Assembly: GCA_963718065.1 (NCBI GenBank)
Contig: CAVQYE010000019.1
Coordinates: 185,513-217,512 of the forward strand
DNA length: 32,000 bases
Direction: 5' to 3'
From: an uncultured Actinomycetes bacterium
Lineage (GTDB): Bacteria; Actinomycetota; Thermoleophilia; Gaiellales; Gaiellaceae
Numbering within the stretch: position 1 is the first letter of the stretch; each line of letters begins with the position of its first letter. The notes under the pieces are model-generated. The model worked only from the letters and a program-made list of their open reading frames with translations, was not told where the DNA came from and did no database searches. The position numbers were made by a program, and so were the translations under genes. Of the stretch, positions 17,637-27,369 are shown piece by piece.

Positions 17637-18447
17637 GCCTCTTCTGGCGGAGGCGCCCCGGCCGTTCCGGGTCCTCAGCCGGCGACTCGAGACCTACGAC
17701 ACGTGGACACTCGAGCTCGAGCCGGTCGACGGAGCGCCGCTCGTCCCGCAACCGGGCCAGTTCACGATGCTCTACGCGTTCGGCATCGGCGAGGTCCCGA
17801 TCTCCGTCTCCGAGATCGGCGGCGGCAAGCTCGTCCACACGGTTCGCGCCGTCGGCGCCGTCACCGAGGCGATCTGCGCTGCTCACCCGGGAGTCACGCT
17901 CGGCGTGCGCGGCCCGTTCGGCAACGCGTGGCCGGTCGCAGAGGCAGCCGGTGGCGACCTCGTCGTGGTCGCCGGCGGTATCGGCCTCGCCCCGCTCCGC
18001 CCGGCGATCCGCCACGCGATCGCGAACAGGCCGGAGTACGGGCAGGTGACGCTCCTCTACGGCAGCCGCACGCCGCGCGACCTGCTCTACCGGCGGGAGC
18101 TCGATCGCCTGTCCGAGATCGCCGTCGACATCACGGTCGACACCGCCGACACGGACTGGCGCGGCAAGGTCGGCGTCGTGCCGAAGCTGATCGCCGGCGC
18201 GGACTTCGATCCTGCGAAGACCACCGCGCTCGTCTGCGGCCCGGAGATCATGATGCACTTCGCCGCGCTGGCGCTCCTCGAGCGCGGCGTGCCGGCCGAG
18301 CGGATCTACGCCTCGATGGAGCGGGACATGCGCTGCGGCGTCGGCCACTGCGGTCACTGCCAGCTCGGGCCGACGCTGATCTGCCGCGACGGCCCCGTCT
18401 ACCGCTGGAGCGAGCTGGAGCCCCTGCTCGCGGTGAGGGAGCTGTGA
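17614..18447 (+). CDS. hyhG: FAD/NAD(P)-binding plus 2Fe-2S oxidoreductase subunit (sulfhydrogenase gamma / AsrB-like)
   Basis: 277 aa and intact. The ferredoxin-reductase-type fold is indicated by [20 protein letters not shown]...[17 protein letters not shown]...LLYGSRTP. The C-terminal Cys cluster is [20 protein letters not shown]. Confidence 0.85.
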   Translation: MAMAVHAEPLLAEAPRPFRVLSRRLETYDTWTLELEPVDGAPLVPQPGQFTMLYAFGIGEVPISVSEIGGGKLVHTVRAVGAVTEAICAAHPGVTLGVRGPFGNAWPVAEAAGGDLVVVAGGIGLAPLRPAIRHAIANRPEYGQVTLLYGSRTPRDLLYRRELDRLSEIAVDITVDTADTDWRGKVGVVPKLIAGADFDPAKTTALVCGPEIMMHFAALALLERGVPAERIYASMERDMRCGVGHCGHCQLGPTLICRDGPVYRWSELEPLLAVREL

Positions 18448-19211
18448 GCGCGCCCCCCAAGCCGACCCTGGCGGTATGGAAGTTCGCCTCCTGCGACGGC
18501 TGCCAGCTCTCCCTCCTCGACTGCGAGGACGAATTGCTGCAGCTCGCGGGTGCGGTCGAGATCGCCTACTTCGTCGAGGCGAGGCGCGCGACCGCCGAGG
18601 GGCCGTACGACCTGTCGCTCGTCGAGGGGTCGGTGACGACGGAGCACGACATCGAGCGGATCAAGGAGGTCCGGCGCGTCTCGAAGAAGCTCGTCACGAT
18701 CGGCGCCTGCGCGACCGCCGGCGGCATCCAGGCGCTGCGCAACAGCGCCGACGTCGCCGAGCTCACCTCGCTCGTCTACGCGTCACCCGAGTACATCTCG
18801 ACGCTCGCCACCTCGACGCCGATCTCCGCTCACGTGCCGGTCGACTTCGAGCTGCACGGCTGCCCGATCGACAAGCGCCAGCTGCTCGAGGTGCTGACGG
18901 CGTTCCTCCACGGCCGCCGGCCGAACATCCCCTCGACGAGCGTCTGCACGGAGTGCAAGAGGCGCGGCCTCGTCTGCGTGATGGTCGCGCACGGGACGCC
19001 GTGCCTCGGTCCGGCCACGCATGCCGGCTGCGGCGCACTCTGCCCCTCCTACCACCGCGGCTGCTACGGCTGCTTCGGGCCGATGGAGACCCCCAACACG
19101 GCGTCGCTGACGAAGCAGCTGCGCGTGCTCGGCATGGACGAGCGCAACGTCGATCGGGTCTTCCGCACGTTCAACGTCGAGGCATTCGAGGAGGCGCGGG
19201 CCAATGGCTGA
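18444..19211 (+). CDS. hyhS: [NiFe]-hydrogenase small (delta-type) subunit, group 3
   Basis: GTG at 18444 overlaps the hyhG stop (GTGA). The product [32 protein letters not shown]...[15 protein letters not shown]...[10 protein letters not shown]...[12 protein letters not shown]...[27 protein letters not shown] carries the FeS-cluster Cys patterns of F420/NAD-type small subunits. Confidence 0.85.
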   Translation: MSAPPKPTLAVWKFASCDGCQLSLLDCEDELLQLAGAVEIAYFVEARRATAEGPYDLSLVEGSVTTEHDIERIKEVRRVSKKLVTIGACATAGGIQALRNSADVAELTSLVYASPEYISTLATSTPISAHVPVDFELHGCPIDKRQLLEVLTAFLHGRRPNIPSTSVCTECKRRGLVCVMVAHGTPCLGPATHAGCGALCPSYHRGCYGCFGPMETPNTASLTKQLRVLGMDERNVDRVFRTFNVEAFEEARANG

Positions 19212-20496
19212 GCGGCGCACGATCCAAACCGACTACCTCGCGCGGGTCGAGGGCGAGGGCGCGATGACGATCCGCCTCCACGACGGCGAGGTCGAGCACG
19301 TCGAGCTGCGCATCTTCGAGCCGCCGCGGTTCTTCGAGGCGCTGCTGCGCGGCCGCTCCTTCCTCGAGGCGCCGGACATCACCGCCCGGATCTGCGGCAT
19401 CTGCCCCGTCGCGTACCAGATGAGCGCTGTGCAGGCGATGGAGGACGTCTGCGGGGTCGTCGTGCCGGAGCCCCTGCAGCTGCTGCGGCGGCTCCTCTAC
19501 TGCGGCGAGTGGATCGAGAGCCACGCGCTTCACGTCTACATGCTTCACGCGCCCGACTTTCTCGGCTACGAAAGCGCGATCGAGCTCGCGCAGGACGCGC
19601 CGGCGGCTGTCGAGCGCGGCCTCGCGCTGAAGAAGACGGGCAACCAGGTGATGACGCTCGTCGGCGGCCGGGAGGTGCACCCGATCAACGTCCGCGTCGG
19701 CGGGTTCTACCGCGCGCCGACGCGCCGCGAGTTGGGCACCCTCGTCGAGCCGCTCGAGCGGGCCCGCGAGGCGGCGCTCGAGACGGTGCGCTGGACGGCG
19801 GGCTTCGAGTTCCCCGATCGCCAGGTCGAGTGCGAGCTCGTCGCGATCTCCCACCCCGGCGACTACGCGATCGAGCGCGGGCGGGTCGTCTCCGACCGCG
19901 GCCTCGACATCGCGGTCTCCGAGTACGACCAGCACTTCGTCGAGGAGCACGTCGAGCGCTCCAACGCGCTCCAGTCGCACCGCGCCGACGGCGGCACGTA
20001 CCTCTGCGGCCCGCTCGCGCGCTTCGCGGTCAACAGGGAGCAGTTGACGCCGCTCTGCCTGGACGCGGCGCGTGAGGCCGGTCTCGACGGGCCGTGCCGC
20101 AACCCGTTCCAGAGCATCGTCGTCCGCAGCATCGAGCTGCTCTATGCCTGCGACGAGGCGCTGCGGCTGATCGCCGCCTACGAGGAGCCGGACGCCCCGG
20201 CCGTGCCGGTCGAGCCGCGGGCAGGCGTCGGGTTCGGCGTCACCGAGGCGCCACGCGGGCTCTGCTACCACCGCTACGAGCTCGACGACGAGGGGACGAT
20301 CCTCGACGCGAAGATCGTGCCGCCGACCTCCCAGAACCAGCTCGCGATCGAGGACGATCTGCGCGCCGTCGTCGGCCGGTACTCGACCCTCGGCGACGAG
20401 GAGCTGCAGATTCTCTCCGAGCAGACGATCCGCAACTACGACCCGTGCATCTCGTGCGCCACCCACTTCCTGACGCTCGAGGTCGAACGCCGGTGA
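19204..20496 (+). CDS. hyhL: [NiFe]-hydrogenase large subunit, group 3b-like
   Basis: 430 aa and intact. It has RVEGEG near the N-terminus, the N-terminal Ni-Fe ligand motif [10 protein letters not shown], and the C-terminal motif DPCISCATH followed by a short tail for protease processing. The operon context (hyhB/hyhG) argues for group 3b. Confidence 0.9.
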   Translation: MAERRTIQTDYLARVEGEGAMTIRLHDGEVEHVELRIFEPPRFFEALLRGRSFLEAPDITARICGICPVAYQMSAVQAMEDVCGVVVPEPLQLLRRLLYCGEWIESHALHVYMLHAPDFLGYESAIELAQDAPAAVERGLALKKTGNQVMTLVGGREVHPINVRVGGFYRAPTRRELGTLVEPLERAREAALETVRWTAGFEFPDRQVECELVAISHPGDYAIERGRVVSDRGLDIAVSEYDQHFVEEHVERSNALQSHRADGGTYLCGPLARFAVNREQLTPLCLDAAREAGLDGPCRNPFQSIVVRSIELLYACDEALRLIAAYEEPDAPAVPVEPRAGVGFGVTEAPRGLCYHRYELDDEGTILDAKIVPPTSQNQLAIEDDLRAVVGRYSTLGDEELQILSEQTIRNYDPCISCATHFLTLEVERR

Positions 20497-20960
20497 GCCG
20501 TGTCGTCGTGATCGGCATCGGCAATGTCTATCGCGGTGACGACGCGGTCGGGCTCGCGGTGGCCGAGCGGCTGCGCGCGCGCGAGCCGAGCGGTGTCACC
20601 GTTCTCGACTGCGAGCAGGAGCCGACGCGGCTGCTCGACGCGTGGGAAGGCGCCGACGTCGCGCTCGTCGTCGATGCCGCCGCCTCCGGCGCGGTCGAGG
20701 CCGGGACGGTGCACCGGTTCGACACGAGCGAGGGTCGCATTCCCGCCCGCGTGTTCCGCTCGTCGACACACGCGTTCGGCGTCGGCGACGCCGTCGAGCT
20801 CGCCCGCGCACTCGGGCGGCTGCCGGGGCGAGTCGTCGTCTACGGCGTCGAGGGCGCGGACTTCACCACCGGCGCAGCGCTGAGCGCGCCGGTCGAGGCG
20901 GCCGTCGAGGGCCTCGTCGACCGGCTGGAGGAGGAGAGCCGATGCACGAACGGGCGTTGA
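20493..20960 (+). CDS. Hydrogenase maturation endopeptidase (HycI/HoxW family)
   Basis: GTG at 20493 overlaps the hyhL stop (GTGA). The product is [27 protein letters not shown]...[20 protein letters not shown]...[34 protein letters not shown], with the conserved GxGNxxxxDDGxG and H-x-x-G motifs. Confidence 0.8.
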   Translation: MSRVVVIGIGNVYRGDDAVGLAVAERLRAREPSGVTVLDCEQEPTRLLDAWEGADVALVVDAAASGAVEAGTVHRFDTSEGRIPARVFRSSTHAFGVGDAVELARALGRLPGRVVVYGVEGADFTTGAALSAPVEAAVEGLVDRLEEESRCTNGR

Positions 20961-21205
20961 TGCGCGACCTCGTCGCGCGGATCGAGGCGACGGCGCAGGC
21001 GGAGGGCGCGACTCGGGTGACGAAGGTCGTGGTGCAGCTCGGCGCGCTCTCTCATTTCACGCCTGAGCATTTCCGCGAGCACTTCGAGGACGCAACCCGC
21101 GGAACGGTCGCGGACGGCGCGGCGGTGGAAGCCGCGCTCGAGGAGGACATCTCCTCGCCGCGGGCGCGCGACGTCGTGCTGGCAAGCGTGGAGGTCGAGG
21201 TCTGA
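20942..21205 (+). CDS. hypA: HypA-like nickel metallochaperone lacking the zinc-binding CxxC...CxxC module
   Basis: The 87-aa product is [87 protein letters not shown]. The MHE N-terminus and overall HypA layout are present, but the protein has no Cys at all. Confidence 0.6.
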   Translation: MHERALMRDLVARIEATAQAEGATRVTKVVVQLGALSHFTPEHFREHFEDATRGTVADGAAVEAALEEDISSPRARDVVLASVEVEV

Positions 21206-21438
21206 TGTGCCTCGGCACGATCGCCGTGCTCGTCGAGAGCTGGGAGGCGGGCGGCACCCAGGTCGGCCGGCTCGACAGCGGCGAGGTCGTGTCGCTCGCG
21301 TTCGTCCCCGGCGCCCGCACCGGCGCGCACTTGCTCATCCACCTCGGGATCCCGGTCGAGGTGCTCGATCCCGCGGACGCCGAGGTGGCGCTCGCCCTGC
21401 GCTCAGACATTCGGACCGACAAAGGAGTAACGCGATGA
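21205..21438 (+). CDS. hypC: HypC/HybG/HupF-family hydrogenase assembly chaperone
   Basis: 77 aa. It has the MCLG N-terminus with the essential Cys2, followed by GRLDSGEVVSLAFVPGARTGAHLLIHLGIPVEVLDPADA. Its start is coupled to the hypA stop as TGATG. Confidence 0.85.
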   Translation: MCLGTIAVLVESWEAGGTQVGRLDSGEVVSLAFVPGARTGAHLLIHLGIPVEVLDPADAEVALALRSDIRTDKGVTR

Positions 21439-22385
21439 CCACGTTCGCCGCCTCGCTGACAGCCCGCCTCTCGAGCCGCGCGATCGGCGTCTGCTTCGCC
21501 TTCGTCGCGGCGATCGTCAGCGGTGTCTCGGTCTACGTGAACTCGAAGGGCGTCTCGCACTTCGACGACGCGACCGTCTACACGACCGCGAAGAACGCCG
21601 TCGCCGGCGCGCTGCTCGTCGTGCTCGCGATCCCCGTCATCACCGCGGCGGCGCGCCCGGGCTCGCGCGCGCCGCGGCCGCAGGGCCGGCGGCAGTGGCT
21701 CGGCCTCGTTGCCATCGCGTGCATCGGCGGCAGCATCCCGTTCGTGCTCTTCTTCGAGGGCCTCTCCCGCGCGACCGCGACCCAGGCCGCCTTCCTGCAG
21801 AAGACGCTCGTCATCTGGGTGGCGCTGCTCGCGGTGCCGCTGCTCCGGGAGCGAATCCGGCCGGTGCATCTCGCCACGATCGCGCTCGTCGTGGCCGGGC
21901 AAGCCTGGATTGCCGGCGATGTCGGCACGGTCACCTTCGGCAGCGGCGAGGCGATGATCTTCGCCGCGACGATCCTCTGGGCGGTCGAGGTGATTCTCGT
22001 CAAGCGGCTCGTCGTCGGCATCGACCCGCGGACGCTCGCCGCGTCGCGGATGGCGCTCGGTGTGGTCGTGCTCGGCGCTTGGATCGCCGTCTCGGGCCGC
22101 GCTTCCGAGCTCGCCGGCCTCAGCGCGGCGCAATGGCAGTGGGCGACGCTGACCGGCCTGCTCCTGACCGGCTATGTCGCCACGTGGTACGCGGCGCTCG
22201 CCTTCGCCCCGGCGATCGACGTCACCGCTGTGCTCGTCTTCGGCGCCGTCATCACGGCCGTGCTGGCCGGGACGATCGACGGTGCGGCGGTCAGCGTCGC
22301 CGGAATCGCTCTGATCACGGCGGGTGTCGCGCTCGTCGGAGTCGGCGCCCTGAGGAGAAGCACCGCGCAGGCCGCACGATCGTGA
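21435..22385 (+). CDS. EamA/DMT-superfamily transporter (10-TM type)
   Basis: ATG at 21435 overlaps the hypC stop (ATGA) and is preceded by AAAGGAG. The 316-aa hydrophobic protein has two EamA-like halves (...IACIGGSIPFVLFFEGLSRATATQAAFLQKTLVIWVALLAVPLLRERI... / ...TGLLLTGYVATWYAALAFAPAIDVTAVLVFGAVITAVLA...). Confidence 0.8.
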   Translation: MTTFAASLTARLSSRAIGVCFAFVAAIVSGVSVYVNSKGVSHFDDATVYTTAKNAVAGALLVVLAIPVITAAARPGSRAPRPQGRRQWLGLVAIACIGGSIPFVLFFEGLSRATATQAAFLQKTLVIWVALLAVPLLRERIRPVHLATIALVVAGQAWIAGDVGTVTFGSGEAMIFAATILWAVEVILVKRLVVGIDPRTLAASRMALGVVVLGAWIAVSGRASELAGLSAAQWQWATLTGLLLTGYVATWYAALAFAPAIDVTAVLVFGAVITAVLAGTIDGAAVSVAGIALITAGVALVGVGALRRSTAQAARS

Positions 22386-23138
22386 CGGCCGGCCCGCTCC
22401 TGTTCGCACGCTACGCCTATCCGCCGAACGCACTCGGGCTGCTGCGGCGCCGACGAGACGAGGACGTTGCTCGAGTACGGCGCGGCGGGCGCGTCCGACG
22501 GAGGCCTGTCGGAGCTGGCGCGCACCTTCGAGGGAGCATGGCCCTACCTGACGCTGATCGCCGACTCGAACCGGATCGCTGACCCGCTCGACCCACGCGT
22601 CGTCGAGGCGTACTGGGTCGGCAACGACCTCCTCGACCAGGTCACGGCGGGCACGCTCTCGCGTCACGTCGAGGACCGGTTCCGCGGCCGGATCGGGCAG
22701 AGCTGGCGGCGTGTGGTCGACGCCGTCGCCGCCGGAGCCGTGCCGCACCACACCTTCCACGTCCTGGCCGTCTACCCCTGGCTCGGCCTGCTCCGGACGG
22801 GGGTCGTCGACGAGCCGCTGCACGTGCTCGACCAGTGCCGGACGACGCCGGCTCTGGTGCAGTCGGTCGACGGCGACAGCGCGCGCGTGCGCCTGCGCCC
22901 GCTCGTCTGGGACGGCCGCGCACTCGAGCTCGGGCCGCGGACGTCGCGCGACGTGCGCTGGCGCGACGACGGGCTCGCGCTCGTCGCGGCACCGGAGCCG
23001 GGCGAGTGGGTGTCGCTCCACTGGGACTTCGTCTGCGACCGGCTGACACGGTCGTCGGCGGCCCGGCTTGCCTTCGAGACGCGCAGGACGCTCGCCGCGG
23101 TCAACAGCTCGTCGACGGCGGCCGCTGCGCTCGCGTAG
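22382..23138 (+). pseudogene. Conserved hydrogenase-cluster accessory protein (from memory resembles the actinobacterial DUF6390-type family); frame change near 22435-22445
   Basis: GTG at 22382 overlaps the EamA stop (GTGA) and gives VTAGPLLFARYAYPPNALG. The sequence then continues in the frame of ORF 22467..23138 as CGADETRTLLEYGAAGASDGGLSELARTFEGAWPYLTLIADSNRIADPLDPRVVEAYWVGNDLLD...WVSLHWDFVCDRL.... Confidence 0.5.
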
Positions 23139-23172
23139 CGACGGCCAAGCCATCGAGAATCCGGCTACCTTG

Positions 23173-23697
23173 ATGGGCATGCGGAAGGCACCGCTCGCAG
23201 CTCTCGTGATCGTCCTCGCGCTCGCGACGCCCGCGACCGCGGCCGCACCACCTCAGGTCGTGAAGCTCCGGAAGCAGGTTGCGGCCCTCAAGATCCAGGT
23301 GAAGCGGGTCACGGCGCAGAAGAACGCCGCCCTTCGCCGCGTGGCCGCGCTGAACGCGCAGGTGGCGGCGCTGAAGGCGCAGCTGACGCCGAAGCCGACC
23401 GGGAGCGTCAAGCTCGAGAACGGCGAGAACGGCGATCACGCGAAGGTCACCGGCGCGGGCGTGAACGCGGACGGCGACGTGCTCGGACAGATCGAATACG
23501 TCGGCGGGCTGACCTGCACCGACCTGGGCCCGTACCTGAGCGTCGACGTGACGTTCTTCGACGCCGCGGGACAAGTTCTCGAGACCGGGAACGCCACGAT
23601 CACCGAGGTCGTGGCAGGTGTTCGCTACCCGCTGAAGATCGTCGGCGCCGACGGTGCAGTGCGCGCGGACGGGGTCGTCTCGATCACCTGCTTCTGA
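23173..23697 (+). CDS. Secreted protein: signal peptide, short coiled coil, then a C-terminal beta-rich domain
   Basis: The product starts MGMRKAPLAALVIVLALATPATAAAPP (ATG at 23173 or 23179). It continues VVKLRKQVAALKIQVKRVTAQKNAALRRVAALNAQVAALKAQL and then a ~100-aa domain with 2 Cys. I recognise no family. Confidence 0.6.
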   Translation: MGMRKAPLAALVIVLALATPATAAAPPQVVKLRKQVAALKIQVKRVTAQKNAALRRVAALNAQVAALKAQLTPKPTGSVKLENGENGDHAKVTGAGVNADGDVLGQIEYVGGLTCTDLGPYLSVDVTFFDAAGQVLETGNATITEVVAGVRYPLKIVGADGAVRADGVVSITCF

Positions 23698-23700
23698 GCG

Positions 23701-25722
23701 TCAAGCCGGGACGTTCGCGTCCAGGAGCTCGCGGACATGCCGGCCGAGATCGACGATCGTAAACGGCTTCTGGAGGAAGTCGGTGCGTGAGTCCCGCGTG
23801 GAGGCGATCGAGTCCTCGCCGTCCGGATAGCCGGACATGAACAGCACTTTCAGGTCGGGCCGCTTCAACCTCAGCCGCGCCGCGAGCTCGCCGCCGCGCA
23901 TCTTCGGCATCACGACGTCGGTGACCAGGAGGTCGCACGTCACACCTTGCTCGTCGAGCGCCAGGGCCTCGTGGGCGTCAGCCGCCACGACGACGCGATA
24001 GCCGTCTTGCTCCAGAATCTTTCGCGCCAGGTCGCGCACGATCTCCTCGTCCTCGACCAGGAGGATCGTCTCGCTTCCCGGCGAGCTCCTCGGCGGACTG
24101 CTCCGCCCTTCGGTCGGGGCCTTGGTGCTGAGCGGGACGAACATGCGGAACGTGGCGCCCTCGCCCAACTCGCTCTCGACGGTGACGAAGCCGTCGCTCT
24201 GCTGGAGGATGCCGTAGACCGTGGCGAGGCCGAGGCCGGTTCCCTTGCCGACGTCCTTGGTCGTGAAGAACGGCTCGAAGAGGTGCGCCCTCGTCTCCTC
24301 GTCGATCCCGCGGCCCGTGTCCGTGACCGAGACGACTGCGAAGCGGCCCGGCTGCAGGTCGCTGTTCGAGTGAGCGGCGGCCGTGTCGATCTCGAGCTCG
24401 GTGCACTCGATCGTGAGCGTCCCTCCGTCCGGCATCGCGTCGCGTCCGTTGATGGCGAGATTCATGATCACCTGCTCGAGCTGCGCCGGATCGGCCTCGA
24501 CCATCAGCGGCCCGGCCGCCGTGCCGGTCACCAGCTCGACCTCCTCGCCGATGATGCGGCGCAGCAGGTCGTCGAGCCGGACGACGATCTCGTTCAAGTC
24601 CAGCACCTTGGGCTGCAGGATTTGCTTGCGGCTGAAGGCGAGAAGCTGCTGGGTCAAACCGGCGGCCCGCTCGCCTGCCCGCTGGATCTCGTGCAGATCG
24701 GTCCGGGCGGCGCTCTGCGACTCGTCGAGCCTGTTGAGCGCCAGGCTGCTGTAACCCGAGATGGCCGTCAGGAGATTGTTGAAATCGTGCGCGATCCCAC
24801 CCGCGAGGCGTCCGACCGCTTCCATCTTGTGCGCCTGGCGAAGCTGCTCCTCGAGCTTGACGCGGGCCTCCTCCGCAATCCGGCGCTCGCTCACGTCGAC
24901 CATGAAGCCCTGGCAGTAGAGCGGCCGGCCCGAGTCGTCGCGGACGACGACCGATACGTCGCTGATCGAGACGATGGACCCGTCCCGCGCGACGATGCGG
25001 TACTCGCAGTCGAGTGACGCGCCCGTTTTGTGCATGTGGGTGAACTCCTCCAGCACGCGCTCGCGGTCATCCGAATGGAGCACCTTGCCGAAGAAGTCGC
25101 GATCGGCGATCCATTCGTCCGCGGTGTACCCGGCGAGGGCCTCGATCTGCGGGCTGATGTAGGAAGCGCTCGATCCGTCGAGATCCTCGATGTACGTCAC
25201 GAGGGGCAACTGCTCGACGAGCCGTCGATTCCGCGCCTCCGCCGCATGCAGGTCCAGCTCGAGTTGCTTCGCCTCGGTGACGTCGACGAGGTAGCCGTTG
25301 ATCTCGAGCAGCGCGCCGCTTGCGTCCCGGCGATAGATCGCCTCGTCGTGCACCCAGATTGTCGTGCCGTCCTCGGCGACCATGCGATAGTCGCCCGAGT
25401 AGATGGCGTCATCGAGCCGCGCGCGGCGCCACGACTCCACGACCCGGTCGTGGTCGTCGGGGTGAAGCATCCGGTTGTAGAGGCCCGGGTCGGACGTGAA
25501 CGCTTCCGCGGAGCGACCGAGGATCGCTTCCCAACGCCCTGTGTAGAGGGTCGGCTGCCCGCCGTCGAGAACGGATGCGTAGACGGCGAGCGGCAGCCGC
25601 TCCATCAGCCCCGAACGCGATGTCGGTCCCTCCATGTCGGCGGGCCGCGCCGCGCGACCCTCGCTCAGGGTCGCTTCGTCGCTGCGGAACGGGGATCTCG
25701 GCGCCACAGTATTTTCGAGCAT
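23701..25722 (-). CDS. Cytoplasmic hybrid sensor histidine kinase (PAS-PAS-HisKA-HATPase_c-REC)
   Basis: 673 aa and intact. It has two PAS-like blocks (...[17 protein letters not shown]...[17 protein letters not shown]... and ...[14 protein letters not shown]...[16 protein letters not shown]...). The H-box is [11 protein letters not shown], and the N/G boxes are [17 protein letters not shown] and [13 protein letters not shown]. The C-terminal receiver reads [11 protein letters not shown]...[13 protein letters not shown]...KVLFMSGY. Confidence 0.9.
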   Translation of the reverse strand: MLENTVAPRSPFRSDEATLSEGRAARPADMEGPTSRSGLMERLPLAVYASVLDGGQPTLYTGRWEAILGRSAEAFTSDPGLYNRMLHPDDHDRVVESWRRARLDDAIYSGDYRMVAEDGTTIWVHDEAIYRRDASGALLEINGYLVDVTEAKQLELDLHAAEARNRRLVEQLPLVTYIEDLDGSSASYISPQIEALAGYTADEWIADRDFFGKVLHSDDRERVLEEFTHMHKTGASLDCEYRIVARDGSIVSISDVSVVVRDDSGRPLYCQGFMVDVSERRIAEEARVKLEEQLRQAHKMEAVGRLAGGIAHDFNNLLTAISGYSSLALNRLDESQSAARTDLHEIQRAGERAAGLTQQLLAFSRKQILQPKVLDLNEIVVRLDDLLRRIIGEEVELVTGTAAGPLMVEADPAQLEQVIMNLAINGRDAMPDGGTLTIECTELEIDTAAAHSNSDLQPGRFAVVSVTDTGRGIDEETRAHLFEPFFTTKDVGKGTGLGLATVYGILQQSDGFVTVESELGEGATFRMFVPLSTKAPTEGRSSPPRSSPGSETILLVEDEEIVRDLARKILEQDGYRVVVAADAHEALALDEQGVTCDLLVTDVVMPKMRGGELAARLRLKRPDLKVLFMSGYPDGEDSIASTRDSRTDFLQKPFTIVDLGRHVRELLDANVPA

Positions 25723-25831
25723 CTCGACACCATCGTCACAAGCAGGCGTTCCCTGGACCCACGGATCGGCGCGACCGGCAATGGCCCTTCTGGCCCGGGT
25801 TTACGCTGCTTTCAGGGCCTGTGATGCCGCG

Positions 25832-27298
25832 TCAGAGGCCGGCGTGGAACCGAAGCTGGCGGTCGAACCAGGGAGAGAGCCCGACGCGATCCAGGGACGC
25901 GCTGAGCCGATCGGCCTGCTCTCTCGTCGGCACTCCCGCTGACGATGCCTTCCGCCCGAACCACTCGTGCAGCGCCGAGCGCGCGTACTCCCGCACGCTC
26001 TCGTTCGGATCGTCGTAGAGCGCGAGCGCAGCGACCGGCGCGTCCCAGCCGGGGCGGCTGCGCGCTATCCCCAGCGCGGCCTGGCGAGTCCATGCGTGCG
26101 GACTGCCGACGAGGCGATCGAGCGCCGTGCCCGAGAGGGTGAAGCCGAGCCGGCGTAGCTGGCGACCCGCCTCCCGCGCGACGCCTGGCTGATCGGCTTC
26201 AAGGAGCGGCGGAAGCAGCACCAGCAGAAGCTCACTCGGCGCGCGCCAGCCAAGTGCGCGAACCGCTGCGCGTCGCACCGCCGGCTCCTGTCGTTCGTCG
26301 ACAAGCTCGACCAGCCGATCGACGTCGGCGTCCGATCCCGTCTCACCGAGCCCGAGAACCGCTGTTCGGGCCGGAAGGTGGCGACGGTACACAGCGGCCG
26401 CGTCGACCTCGAGCGTTGTGGCGCGCGCCTGAGCCGCGCGACGCAGGAGCGCGCTCCGGTCCAGAAGCAGCTGCTCGAGGCGCGGCCTCACGAGCTCGTC
26501 TGGCGCAGCCGCGACGGCCAGCGCCCGCACGCTCGCGGGGCGAACCGCGAATAGCTCGCCGGCGACTGCAACGTCCTGCGCGATGGCCCGGCGGGCGGCG
26601 CCGAGGCGGGCGTGCAGGTCGCGATCCGCAACGGCGATCTCGACCAGTTCCGTGGAGGTCAACGGCGCACGCTCGACGGCGAGACGGCGCGTCTCATTGT
26701 CCTGCGATCGAACCAGCGAGCGCAGTGTCTCGCCCGAGAGGCGCGTGAGGTAGTCGGCGACGAACCCCGCGGCGACCTTTCTCCCTTCTACCGCCAGCAG
26801 GATGGGGACGATCACCGCGGCATCGCTACACGAGGTCCGCCCAGCCAGCGCTGGCCGCGCCGGCTCGCGCACCTCTGACACGTGGTCGGTGGTCCGCAGC
26901 GCCAAGGCGGCCGACGTGAGCGCGCCTGTGCGTTCGGCGAGCAGCGGTATCGTCCGCTCGCGCAGGAACCCATCGCGGTGCGTGCTCGCGAGCACAAGCA
27001 GAAGGCTTGAAGCTCCCGCTTGCTCGATCGCGGCAGACCAGCCGCCGCGCGGTGTGTGCTCGACGTACTCCGTCCGTGCATCCAGCCGCACCGCGTCGAG
27101 CCCGAGCCAGCGACGCGGCGGCCAGTCCTCCAGTGCCGCGACCGCGCGGTCGTACTCCGGAGACGCGGGCCCCTCGGCGGTGACCACGAGCGCCCATGTG
27201 TGCCCCGCGGGCTCGGACAACGCGAGGTCGAGGGCTGCGGCTTCAACTGCGGGAAGAGAGCGCGAACTGCGTCCCAGGAGTGATCGCAGCCAGCCCAT
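25832..27298 (-). CDS. Alpha-helical repeat (HEAT/ARM-like) protein, function unknown
   Basis: 488 aa and intact, Leu/Ala/Arg-rich but with recurring HEAT-like units (ETRRLAVERAP, EPAVRRAAVRALGW, NESVREYARSAL). It lies immediately upstream of the kinase on the same strand. Confidence 0.55.
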   Translation of the reverse strand: MGWLRSLLGRSSRSLPAVEAAALDLALSEPAGHTWALVVTAEGPASPEYDRAVAALEDWPPRRWLGLDAVRLDARTEYVEHTPRGGWSAAIEQAGASSLLLVLASTHRDGFLRERTIPLLAERTGALTSAALALRTTDHVSEVREPARPALAGRTSCSDAAVIVPILLAVEGRKVAAGFVADYLTRLSGETLRSLVRSQDNETRRLAVERAPLTSTELVEIAVADRDLHARLGAARRAIAQDVAVAGELFAVRPASVRALAVAAAPDELVRPRLEQLLLDRSALLRRAAQARATTLEVDAAAVYRRHLPARTAVLGLGETGSDADVDRLVELVDERQEPAVRRAAVRALGWRAPSELLLVLLPPLLEADQPGVAREAGRQLRRLGFTLSGTALDRLVGSPHAWTRQAALGIARSRPGWDAPVAALALYDDPNESVREYARSALHEWFGRKASSAGVPTREQADRLSASLDRVGLSPWFDRQLRFHAGL

Positions 27299-27369
27299 TT
27301 AGGGCACGGTAGTCGAGGCTTCCTCTGGTCGAAGCTCCTAACACCTTCTCAACGTCTCGCGGCTACGTT

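Noticed and set aside
21057-23180. A 707-aa minus-strand ORF
   Set aside because: It is antisense to hypC, the EamA transporter and the hyp-associated gene. Its composition is dominated by Arg, Asp, Pro and Gly, and it has no recognisable domains.
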